DNA of 47,384 bases from sequence record DRR723986_5541, one strand, 5' to 3'. Below, one piece after another: positions 7,946 through 16,878 of this stretch. A program made the position numbers and the translations under genes. The notes under the pieces are model-generated. The model made no database searches, was not told the DNA's origin, and saw only the letters and a list, made by a program, of their open reading frames with translations. Numbering within the stretch: position 1 is the stretch's first letter; each line of letters starts with the position of its first letter.

Positions 7946-10900
7946 TGCACAGGCGGCGCGGTCGATTGAGTATGGATACAATTAGTCTGGCAAAAATCAG
8001 AAGCGATGCACGACTGCAACGTGAGCGTGACTATTGGCGTGAAGTGTCATTAGCCGATACGCCTGCTTTGCAATTGGGTTCGGCTGCCCCAAACCCAATA
8101 AATACTCCGGCATATACCAAGTCGCCACAAGAGACTTTTGCCTTTGAGCTGGATGCCGCCGCTTTGTTAACAATTGCCAAAAACTCCGATGCCGCCCTCT
8201 TCACGATTTTGGCTGCCGCTGTTCGTCACCTGGGGCTGCGCTGCGGGCATTCTGGTGAACGCCTTATTTTTACCGCGCCCTTTAGCAGCGAATATATCGG
8301 CGATGGACTTGCAGACTTGCTGCCGCTTAAGTTGAACGCGCAGCCGCAAGACTCAGTGCGTGCATTGCTCAACTCTACGCGCAGTGCCGTCCAGGGAGCC
8401 CATAAACATCAGAACTACCCTCTGGCCGCGATCCTGCACCAGGCAAACAGTGACGGCGAGACTTCCAATCTGCCCGCAGCTCAAGCCCACCCGTCCGCTC
8501 AGTCTGCTCTGGAACAACCCGCAACCGTGATTCTGCTCGAAAACCTGCAGAACCCGCGCTACCTGGAAGAGACTGAGCCAGGCCTGCTGTTTAAGTTTAA
8601 GCGCAGCGAAACGCGCCTGCACTGCACAGTTAAACTCGGGAGTCAGCAGTCGGCAGATGTTAAACTGAAGACGCTGGCAGAGATTTTGCAGCAGCTCCTG
8701 CAAGCTTATCCTTCCAGTCTGCAGTCCAGCTTGGCGCAGCTTGAAATTATTGGACCTGCATTGCGCAGTCGGCTGCTACATGAATGGGCGCATGCCGACT
8801 CCTCTCGGCCAAACATGGTGCCAAACATGGGGCCAAACATGGCGCCAAGCATGGGGCCAAGCATGGGGCCAAGCTCAGCGCAAAACACAGCCGCAAGCTC
8901 CGGCTCTGAGGAAGACAAGTTTGTTTCTCTTCCGGACATGGTTTTAGAGCAGGCCGCGCTGACACCCCAGGCTCCGGCCTTGTTGGATCACAAACGGACA
9001 CTTAGTTATGCCGAACTTAACACGCGTATTAACAATCTTGTAGCCGCGCTGCACGCGCACGGTGTTGGTCCCGAAACGGCTGTTGCCGTCTGCATGCGCC
9101 GCATAGCATATCTCCCCGCAACCATGCTGGGCGTAATGGCTTCCGGTGCCATGCTCGTTCCGCTTGATCCCAAATATCCAACTGAACGACTGGAATACAT
9201 GCTGCGTGACAGCGGCGCAGAGTTGGTCGTGACAGATATTGCAGGTGAGCTGCGCGCGCAGGGATTACAAGTTGCATGTATTCCGCCTTTTGTCTCAGAC
9301 GCGGCGGGAGGCCAGGAACAGAGCAGGTCGGACCAATCTAACGCCCGGACTATTTACCCACGGTCGGCGGCCTACTGCATCTACACTTCCGGTTCTACCG
9401 GCGAGCCCAAAGCCGTTGTTGTTGCACATGCTGCCGTGGCTAAACTTATTACTTGGTGTGCTGAGGTGTTTACATCCGAGGACTTGCAGTGTGTGGCTGC
9501 TACAACTTCGGTCTGTTTTGACATCTCCGTGTTTGAGCTGTTTGCGCCGCTGGCCTTTGGCGGTAGTGTGCTTGTCGCCGCCGATGCTTTTGATCTGGCT
9601 GATCATCATCTGGCGGATAAGCTGACTTTGTTAAACACCGTGCCAAGTGCAATCGCCGCGCTCCTGAACAAGGGCGCTCTGCCAAACAATCTGCGCGTTG
9701 TTAACCTTGCCGGAGAAGCGCTGCGCAGCAGCCTGGCCCAGTCAGTCCTGGAGGCCGTGCCCGGCGCAAAGCTGTTTAATCTGTTCGGGCCGACAGAAAC
9801 GACTGTTTACGCAAGTTTTGCGCAGGTTTTGGCACAGGATAATCCGCCTGCAATTGGACGTCCGGTCAGCGGTACGCTGGTGTATGTTCTCGATGACAAC
9901 ATGCAGCTCCTGCCACCGGGCATTCACGGTAATTTATACATCGGTGGAGAGCTGTTGGCTCGTGGCTATTTTAAGCGCGGCGCAACAACTGCCACGCGAT
10001 TTGTGCCCTGTCCCTTCGATACTTCCGGTGCCGGAGCACGCCTGTATCACACAGGTGATATTGCCAGTTTTACAACTAATGGCCAACTGCTCTTTCACGG
10101 CCGCGCCGACGACCAGCTCAAGATTCGTGGGTACAGGATCGAACCGGGTGAGATAGAAGTGCGCCTGCTGGAGTCTAAAGCAGTCGAGGCCTGCGCCGTA
10201 ATTGTGGACCGTCCGCAGACCGAGGATTCGCTTCAGCACGCGCGCCTGGCAGCCTTTGTGCAAATCAGCCGAGCATCGGCTCCAGATGTTGATGTTAACA
10301 GTCTCCGGCAGGAACTTAGTGCACGTGTGCCCAACTGGATGCTTCCGACTTTGTGGTTTGAGATTGAAGCTCTGCCAAAACTGCCCAACGCAAAAGTTGA
10401 TAAATCGGCTCTGCGTGAGCTGATTCGTGAACGCGAATCGGCACCGGAGGACGCTCAACCGGCTGCTGATGAGGCTGCATCCAATGACACTGGAATTCAG
10501 GCAATTGAGGCCCAGTTGTTGCAAATTTGGCGCGACGTTTTACGCCAGCCGGGAATCAAACGCAATGACAACTTCTTTGCGATCGGCGGCGACTCAATCC
10601 TGGCGCTGCAAATCGTGGCGCGTGCTGCACAGGCACAGTTGACTTTCCAGCCGGGCCAGATGTTTTTGCATCAAACTCCGGCCGCACTGGCTCCACATGT
10701 TCGCCGCGGTGTTAAACATCAGGCCGAACAGGGAATCGTGACGGGGAGCGCACCACAAACGCCGGTGCAGCGCTGGTTTGGCGCTTTAAACCTGCTGCAA
10801 CCCGCACACTGGAACCAAGCCGTGATTCTTTCGGCTCCAGTCGGTCTCACGCGCGCGCGTCTCTCCCAAATTGCGCTTGAGTTGCAGCAACATCACGATG

Positions 10901-13900
10901 CCTTGCGCATGTTTGTACGTCCCGACGGCATGCTCGAATTCGCGGAACACGCCGAACTCAGTTTAACGGAATTGCACTGCAAAAACCTGAGCAGCGCCGA
11001 AGCAGTTAAACAACATGCCCAGTCCGTGCATGCCGGGCTGAATATCAATGTCGGACCAATTTGGTCTTTGCTCCTCCTGCACTGCGCCGACGAAAGTATT
11101 GTGATTGTCAGCATTCACCATCTGGCAGTCGATGTCGTTTCCTGGGGTGTTTTGCTCGAAGATATCAAGCACATTAACAGTTCCCTGGCAGCAAGCCGGC
11201 CGATAGTTTTACCGGATAAAACGACTGCCTTCCGCGACTGGGCGCGCCGGCTTGGCAAAATTGACATCTCCGCGCACATGCCCGCACTGAGGGAAGTGCT
11301 TAACATTGAGCGCTACAAAGACATCGCTCCATTGCCGCGCGATTTTGAGGTTGATGAATCCCAGGTAAATATTGAAGCCAATCAGCTTATTATCTCGGCA
11401 ACGCTGGATGAGAACACCACAAAAAGTCTGCTGCACGACGTAACTACGGTGTATCGCACCAGAATAGACGAGTTGTTGCTGGCCGCTCTGGCGCGTGCAT
11501 TGCGAGCCTGGACGGGTGAGGACCGCTTGTTAATTGCTCGCGAGGCGCATGGACGTCAGGCGCCGGGCGCGCTTAACATGCCGGACGTCTCGCGCACAGT
11601 TGCCTGGTTTACAACTATTACACCGATTGCATTGGAACTGCCCTATAACGCCGATTGGGAAGAGATTGTGCCTTTGCTGAAGGAACAGGTGCGCACAACC
11701 ACCGAACAAGGTTTTGTGTTTAATATTGCGCACTACCTGCAAAAGCAGTTTCAAGAACTTCCCGCTGCCGAAATTGTGTTTAACTACCTCGGGCAGTTGG
11801 GTGATTCTTCAGGTGCTACGAACGACGCAAGTGATCCGATAAGCCAGGAGTGGCACTTGCGCCAGCTCTCTCCGGGCTTACTGCGCGGAGCGCAGAATCA
11901 GCGTCCCTGGTTACTTGAAGTTAATGCCGGCGTCACCGACGGCCAATTTCACATGTATCTTGCCTTTAGCCCCGAACTGCATGAGCAGGACGGTATGCAG
12001 GCTCTGCTGGAGCGCAGTATCGATGAGTTGGAAAGCCTGGTGCAACACTGTTTAAGTGTGGGCAACGGCAAATATACGCCGTCGGATTTCCCCGTGTTAA
12101 ACTCTGCCCAGGGGCTTATGCAGCAGAATGCGGCACTTAAACTCAATCAGCCTCAGCTGGATGCCGTCATTAAACAAATTGGTGGGGAAGTGTTGCGCCC
12201 ACCACGTCTGGAATCTATCTTACCTCCGGCACCGCTGCAAGCCGGAATGCTCTTTTTTGGGATGCTGCAGGATGATTCGGGTGCGTCCTCCTCGCTCTAC
12301 ACGCAGGTCTTTGACTTTTCCATCACCGGTGTGTGTGACGCTGAAAAATTGCGCCAGGCCTGGAATCAGGTGTTTAACAGGCACAGTGCCTTGCGTGCCG
12401 CTTTTGTCTGGTCTGCAGATGGTGTGCTCCTGCAGCTGATTCACGAAACTGTTGAAGTGCCCTGGAAGGAACATGACCTAAGTTCCGTTGCAGTGGCGCG
12501 TCAGGAGCAAATGTTTAAAACCCTGCAAAATACTCAGGTTCTGCAGGGTTTTGATGCTGAACAAGCGCCGCTCAGTCGCTTCTTTTTCTATCGTACCGGA
12601 CCCGCGAATTGGCGTCTTTTCTGGGTGCATCATCACGCAATTGTTGACGGCTGGTCCCTGCCAATTGTGCTTGGTGAAGTGCTGCACGTCTACAGGGATT
12701 TAGTGCAGGAACGCGCCTCAGAGCTTAACATCGCGCCTTCCTATTCTAATTATGCGGAATGGTTAATCAAGGCTGATGTTGACAAAGCGCGCGCATTCTG
12801 GCGTGCTGAGCTGCAAGGGTTTTCCGCAGTTACGGATCTGGGGTTTGACCGCGTATTCACAGATTCCACCATGCGTGACGATCGTGAGTTTGAACATGTC
12901 TTCAGCAAAACCATGACTGAAGATTTGGTCGCTGCTGCGCGCAAATACCGTGTGACACTTAACACTTTGATGCAGTATGCCTGGGCGCGTGTTCTGGCCT
13001 TAACAACCGGGCGTGACGAAGTCCTGTTTGGCTTTGCAGTGTCCGGTCGTTCGCCGCAGCTGCCGGATATGGACGCTATGGTCGGCATGTTTATAAACAC
13101 AATTCCAGCGCGCTTTAATTTTTCCAGTGTTTTAACGTTGGAACAAGAACTGCAACTGGCGCGCGACAATATGGCGCGGCGTGAGGAGTACGCTTACGTC
13201 ACCTTGCCTCAGATTCTGGGCTGGAGTGATATTTCTGCTGCTGAGTTGTTTAACTCAATTCTTGTGTTCGAGAACTTTCCCTTCGACAAGGAGTTGATGC
13301 AGGACTATGCCGGTATGCAGGTCCAGCATGCGCAGGGGCGGGAACGCACAAATTACCCGCTTACTTTAGTCTTTCGTCATTCGGATTTACTGCGTTGTAC
13401 TTACTCATATGACGCCACGAGTTTAAGTCCGGAACGTGTTAAACAGTTGCACGCGCTCTTCGAGCTAGTGCTTCATGAACTGCTCGCGCCCGGACGGGCT
13501 AATCAGGTTTTTTCTCTGTTGTCCACCGTACCGGAATCCACAGCAGGCACCGAGTCAGTTTCCGGTCAGCAATCTGAAAGTTCCCAGTCTGTATTTTCAG
13601 TGTTTAAGTCGGTCTGCGCTCAATATCCGGAGCAAATTGCTCTGCGCGGATCATCGGTTAACTGGACCTACGCGGACCTGATGCGGCATTCACAAGAGCT
13701 GGCTGCCTGGCTCTGGCGCTGGGGCGTACGTCCGGGTGACTGCGTTGCAATTGATTTGCCGCGTTCGCCGGCGGCGGTGGCACTTCTACCGGCGATTCTG
13801 CAGATTGGAGCACATTATCTGCCATTGGATCCTCAGGCCCCGGCACGCCGTCGCGAATTTATGTTGCAGGCCGCGGCTTCACGTTTTCTGGTATGTCGCG

Positions 13901-16878
13901 AACGGCCGACCTGGCTGCCACCCGAATGTCTTGCCATTGAAATGGACAGCCTGAATTTGGATCAGGATGTCGAATCCCTGCCGGAGCTTGATGTTTCGGC
14001 GGAAGCGGCGGCATACCTGATGTTTACGTCCGGTTCCACAGGCAGACCAAAAGGTGTGATAGTTCCAAACCGTGGGATTTTGCGCCTAACGGTTAACAAT
14101 CAATTCTGTGAACTTGAGCCTGGAGACTGTTTCCTGCACTTGGCCTCGCCGGCATTTGACGCATCCACCTTTGAAATCTGGGCTCCACTTCTGAATGGTG
14201 CGACTCTGGAAGTGTATGAAGAAGCTGAGATTGATCCTGCGACCCTGGCTGCGAGAATTGAAAGCAGTCAGGTTACACATATGGTGTTAACTACTGGCTT
14301 GTTTCACGCTCTCGCCGCGGAGCAGGCATGGATGTTTAAACCCTTAAAAGCTCTGCTTGTTGGTGGAGACGTTGTTGCACCGGCACGTGTTAAACAAGTG
14401 CAGGAAGTTTGTCCGCAGCTTAATATAATTAATGGTTATGGCCCAACTGAGAACACGACATTTTCGAGCACTTACAGTATGCCGCACAGTTTGTCGGCCA
14501 GTCAGCTGCGCGTGCCGATTGGGGCTCCGTTACCTGACAGCTGTTGCCTGATACTTGATAAGAACATGCAGCCGCTGCCGGCCGGCGCTCTGGGCGAACT
14601 CTATCTTGGTGGAGCAGGTTTGGCACTGGGATACACGCGCCGGCCGGGCCTGACAGCCGAGCGATTTGTACCAGATCCAACCAGTGCCACAGGAGCAAGA
14701 CTTTATCGCAGTGGTGACCTGGCACGAATCCTGCCCGACGGATCGATCGACTTTCTTGGTCGCCGCGATAAACAAGTTAAAGTTCGTGGATTCCGGATCG
14801 AACTCAGTGAGGTTGAAACACAGCTGCGCACTGATTCTGCCATACGGCAGGCGGCGGTTGTAATGCACAATCAACAGCTCTGTGCTTTTGTTGCCCTACA
14901 CGCTGAGAATGAAGAACTTAATCAGCCACAAAATGACGTGGAGACAAGTAAGAGCGGCACAAGTACTGAGGCAATTGCCGCGCCAATACCCCTTGAAAGC
15001 GCTCAGACCTCAGAAATACGCAGGCGCCTTAAACAGTTTCTGCCCGACTACATGCTGCCCGGCAAGGTATATGCACTCACACAGTTGCCCTTAAATGCCA
15101 GTGGCAAAATTGATCGCCGGGCGCTGTTGGAATTGATACCTGCAAGTGTGGCACAAGTGGGCGCGGTGCCACAGACTGCAGAGCTTCAGCATGCTGACAC
15201 AGCGACAAACAAGATGGCATTTGCTGAGGCTTTGCTGGAAATCATGCGAACCTTGTTGAATGTACCAGGCATGCATTTGGACGACGGTTTTTTTGAGCAA
15301 GGTGGAAATTCAATATCGGCAATTCAGTTGGTGGCACGCGCGAGTAATGCCGGAATGCGCGTCCGCCTGCGCGACGTTTTTGAGAATCCAAGGGCACGTG
15401 AACTGGCGGAATGTGTGCAAACTGGTGCAAGTGATCGACGAGCAGATATTGCCGACCTTCCGCTGCAACTATTGCCGGCACAGGCCTGGTTCTTCGAAAA
15501 AGAATTTGCGGACGCACATCATTTTAATCTTGCGGTTCTCCTGCGGCTTAAACGAGCAGTCGAGCCTGCCGATATCGCGCGCGCTGTTAAACAGCTCCTT
15601 GCAACACATCCACAGTTAACAAATGTGTTCTCCTTAACAGAGCGCGGCCCCCGAGTTCACCGCACTGCAGACGCATCGGCAATTTTGCATGAAGTTGAAC
15701 TGGACGGACCTAGTGATGTTAAAACGTATACCGCCACGGCACAGTCGGCATTTACTCTGGATGGCACAGCGCTATTCGGTGTGCATGTGATACGTTTGCG
15801 CGATGAAAGCTTGCGGTTGTTTATTGTGGCGCACCATTTGATTATGGATGTTGTTTCGCTGCGTATTATTGTTGATGAGCTGCAGACGAGTTTAATTCTA
15901 CCACAAGCGGACTCCCGGCCGGGCCATCAACCAGCTGTGGAAGAAGGGGCGCGAATTCAGGCGCATAATCTGCGAAAGTTAATCGCAAGCCCCGGACTTG
16001 AAGAAGAACTGAAATATTGGCGTGACTTAACTTCTGTCAGTTTTGATGATCTGCCGGCAGCCGGCCTTGCCGAGGGAGGCCCAGTAGAAAGTGGCATCAA
16101 TACATTAACATTTGAATTGTACGCAGCCTCTGCACTTGATTTACAGAAGCGCAAAACCGCTATTGATTCGCTTCTACTGGCTGCGCTGTCAACCAGTTTA
16201 CGCGAATGTATGGGCATGCAGGACTTCCTGATTGAGTTGGAGCATCACGGCCGTGATACGATTTACGCTTCCGCTGATGACAACCTTGAACTTTCGCGCG
16301 CGCTTGGCTGGTTCACGATCATGTACCCGCTGCGAGTGAAGCCGCAGTTTAATCTGCCGGCCACACTTAAACAAATTGAAGCCGACCGTGATTCGATTGC
16401 ACATGATGGATTGGCCTTCGCCGTCGCGCGTTACCTTGCGCCGGAGCAATACCCCGGGCTGTTAAGCCTGCCGCCGGCTCCAGTTGTGTTTAACTACCTG
16501 GGGGATACCGATGCTTCATTCTCTACCGATCTCTGGGAGTTTGCTGCCGAGTCAATGGGTGAAGATCGAGCCAATTCAAATGCCGCGCAGCAGCAGCTGA
16601 CCGTTAATGTGTGGAGTGAAGCTGATAGTTTGCACGCGCGTATAATTTGTGCCGCCGATCGTTGTAGCCGGAGTGCAATCGAGCAACTTGCCGATAAGTA
16701 CACCGAGCAATTAGCGCTACTCCTTGAGCAAATGCAGCTTGTTTCCGAAGAACACGCGGAAGTTGCTGCGCCCACGGAAACCATTGAAAAGGCGAAAGAT
16801 GCGGGCCTCGACGCCAGGAATATGGCGGCTTTGATGGAGCAGATTCAACAGTCCGGCAAAGGAGCGATGGACCGGTGA
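7945..16878 (+). CDS. NRPS1: truncated C-like domain - A(Ala-like) - T - E - C(DCL) - A(Val-like) - T - E (alternative start ATG 7972)
   Basis: A cores YTSGSTGEPK (~9382) and FTSGSTGRPK (~14023); T motifs GGDSI (10585) and GGNSI (15301); E motifs HHLAVDVVSW/EAHGR and HHLIMDVVS/EHHGRD; C HHHAIVDGWS (12628); TAATG overlap with the PKS stop. Confidence 0.95.
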   Translation: MHRRRGRLSMDTISLAKIRSDARLQRERDYWREVSLADTPALQLGSAAPNPINTPAYTKSPQETFAFELDAAALLTIAKNSDAALFTILAAAVRHLGLRCGHSGERLIFTAPFSSEYIGDGLADLLPLKLNAQPQDSVRALLNSTRSAVQGAHKHQNYPLAAILHQANSDGETSNLPAAQAHPSAQSALEQPATVILLENLQNPRYLEETEPGLLFKFKRSETRLHCTVKLGSQQSADVKLKTLAEILQQLLQAYPSSLQSSLAQLEIIGPALRSRLLHEWAHADSSRPNMVPNMGPNMAPSMGPSMGPSSAQNTAASSGSEEDKFVSLPDMVLEQAALTPQAPALLDHKRTLSYAELNTRINNLVAALHAHGVGPETAVAVCMRRIAYLPATMLGVMASGAMLVPLDPKYPTERLEYMLRDSGAELVVTDIAGELRAQGLQVACIPPFVSDAAGGQEQSRSDQSNARTIYPRSAAYCIYTSGSTGEPKAVVVAHAAVAKLITWCAEVFTSEDLQCVAATTSVCFDISVFELFAPLAFGGSVLVAADAFDLADHHLADKLTLLNTVPSAIAALLNKGALPNNLRVVNLAGEALRSSLAQSVLEAVPGAKLFNLFGPTETTVYASFAQVLAQDNPPAIGRPVSGTLVYVLDDNMQLLPPGIHGNLYIGGELLARGYFKRGATTATRFVPCPFDTSGAGARLYHTGDIASFTTNGQLLFHGRADDQLKIRGYRIEPGEIEVRLLESKAVEACAVIVDRPQTEDSLQHARLAAFVQISRASAPDVDVNSLRQELSARVPNWMLPTLWFEIEALPKLPNAKVDKSALRELIRERESAPEDAQPAADEAASNDTGIQAIEAQLLQIWRDVLRQPGIKRNDNFFAIGGDSILALQIVARAAQAQLTFQPGQMFLHQTPAALAPHVRRGVKHQAEQGIVTGSAPQTPVQRWFGALNLLQPAHWNQAVILSAPVGLTRARLSQIALELQQHHDALRMFVRPDGMLEFAEHAELSLTELHCKNLSSAEAVKQHAQSVHAGLNINVGPIWSLLLLHCADESIVIVSIHHLAVDVVSWGVLLEDIKHINSSLAASRPIVLPDKTTAFRDWARRLGKIDISAHMPALREVLNIERYKDIAPLPRDFEVDESQVNIEANQLIISATLDENTTKSLLHDVTTVYRTRIDELLLAALARALRAWTGEDRLLIAREAHGRQAPGALNMPDVSRTVAWFTTITPIALELPYNADWEEIVPLLKEQVRTTTEQGFVFNIAHYLQKQFQELPAAEIVFNYLGQLGDSSGATNDASDPISQEWHLRQLSPGLLRGAQNQRPWLLEVNAGVTDGQFHMYLAFSPELHEQDGMQALLERSIDELESLVQHCLSVGNGKYTPSDFPVLNSAQGLMQQNAALKLNQPQLDAVIKQIGGEVLRPPRLESILPPAPLQAGMLFFGMLQDDSGASSSLYTQVFDFSITGVCDAEKLRQAWNQVFNRHSALRAAFVWSADGVLLQLIHETVEVPWKEHDLSSVAVARQEQMFKTLQNTQVLQGFDAEQAPLSRFFFYRTGPANWRLFWVHHHAIVDGWSLPIVLGEVLHVYRDLVQERASELNIAPSYSNYAEWLIKADVDKARAFWRAELQGFSAVTDLGFDRVFTDSTMRDDREFEHVFSKTMTEDLVAAARKYRVTLNTLMQYAWARVLALTTGRDEVLFGFAVSGRSPQLPDMDAMVGMFINTIPARFNFSSVLTLEQELQLARDNMARREEYAYVTLPQILGWSDISAAELFNSILVFENFPFDKELMQDYAGMQVQHAQGRERTNYPLTLVFRHSDLLRCTYSYDATSLSPERVKQLHALFELVLHELLAPGRANQVFSLLSTVPESTAGTESVSGQQSESSQSVFSVFKSVCAQYPEQIALRGSSVNWTYADLMRHSQELAAWLWRWGVRPGDCVAIDLPRSPAAVALLPAILQIGAHYLPLDPQAPARRREFMLQAAASRFLVCRERPTWLPPECLAIEMDSLNLDQDVESLPELDVSAEAAAYLMFTSGSTGRPKGVIVPNRGILRLTVNNQFCELEPGDCFLHLASPAFDASTFEIWAPLLNGATLEVYEEAEIDPATLAARIESSQVTHMVLTTGLFHALAAEQAWMFKPLKALLVGGDVVAPARVKQVQEVCPQLNIINGYGPTENTTFSSTYSMPHSLSASQLRVPIGAPLPDSCCLILDKNMQPLPAGALGELYLGGAGLALGYTRRPGLTAERFVPDPTSATGARLYRSGDLARILPDGSIDFLGRRDKQVKVRGFRIELSEVETQLRTDSAIRQAAVVMHNQQLCAFVALHAENEELNQPQNDVETSKSGTSTEAIAAPIPLESAQTSEIRRRLKQFLPDYMLPGKVYALTQLPLNASGKIDRRALLELIPASVAQVGAVPQTAELQHADTATNKMAFAEALLEIMRTLLNVPGMHLDDGFFEQGGNSISAIQLVARASNAGMRVRLRDVFENPRARELAECVQTGASDRRADIADLPLQLLPAQAWFFEKEFADAHHFNLAVLLRLKRAVEPADIARAVKQLLATHPQLTNVFSLTERGPRVHRTADASAILHEVELDGPSDVKTYTATAQSAFTLDGTALFGVHVIRLRDESLRLFIVAHHLIMDVVSLRIIVDELQTSLILPQADSRPGHQPAVEEGARIQAHNLRKLIASPGLEEELKYWRDLTSVSFDDLPAAGLAEGGPVESGINTLTFELYAASALDLQKRKTAIDSLLLAALSTSLRECMGMQDFLIELEHHGRDTIYASADDNLELSRALGWFTIMYPLRVKPQFNLPATLKQIEADRDSIAHDGLAFAVARYLAPEQYPGLLSLPPAPVVFNYLGDTDASFSTDLWEFAAESMGEDRANSNAAQQQLTVNVWSEADSLHARIICAADRCSRSAIEQLADKYTEQLALLLEQMQLVSEEHAEVAAPTETIEKAKDAGLDARNMAALMEQIQQSGKGAMDR
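8809..8874 (+). repeat. In-frame 12-bp tandem repeat (5.5 copies) in the NRPS1 linker
   Basis: CCAAACATGGTG CCAAACATGGGG CCAAACATGGCG CCAAGCATGGGG CCAAGCATGGGG CCAAGC = PNMV PNMG PNMA PSMG PSMG PS. Confidence 0.95.
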
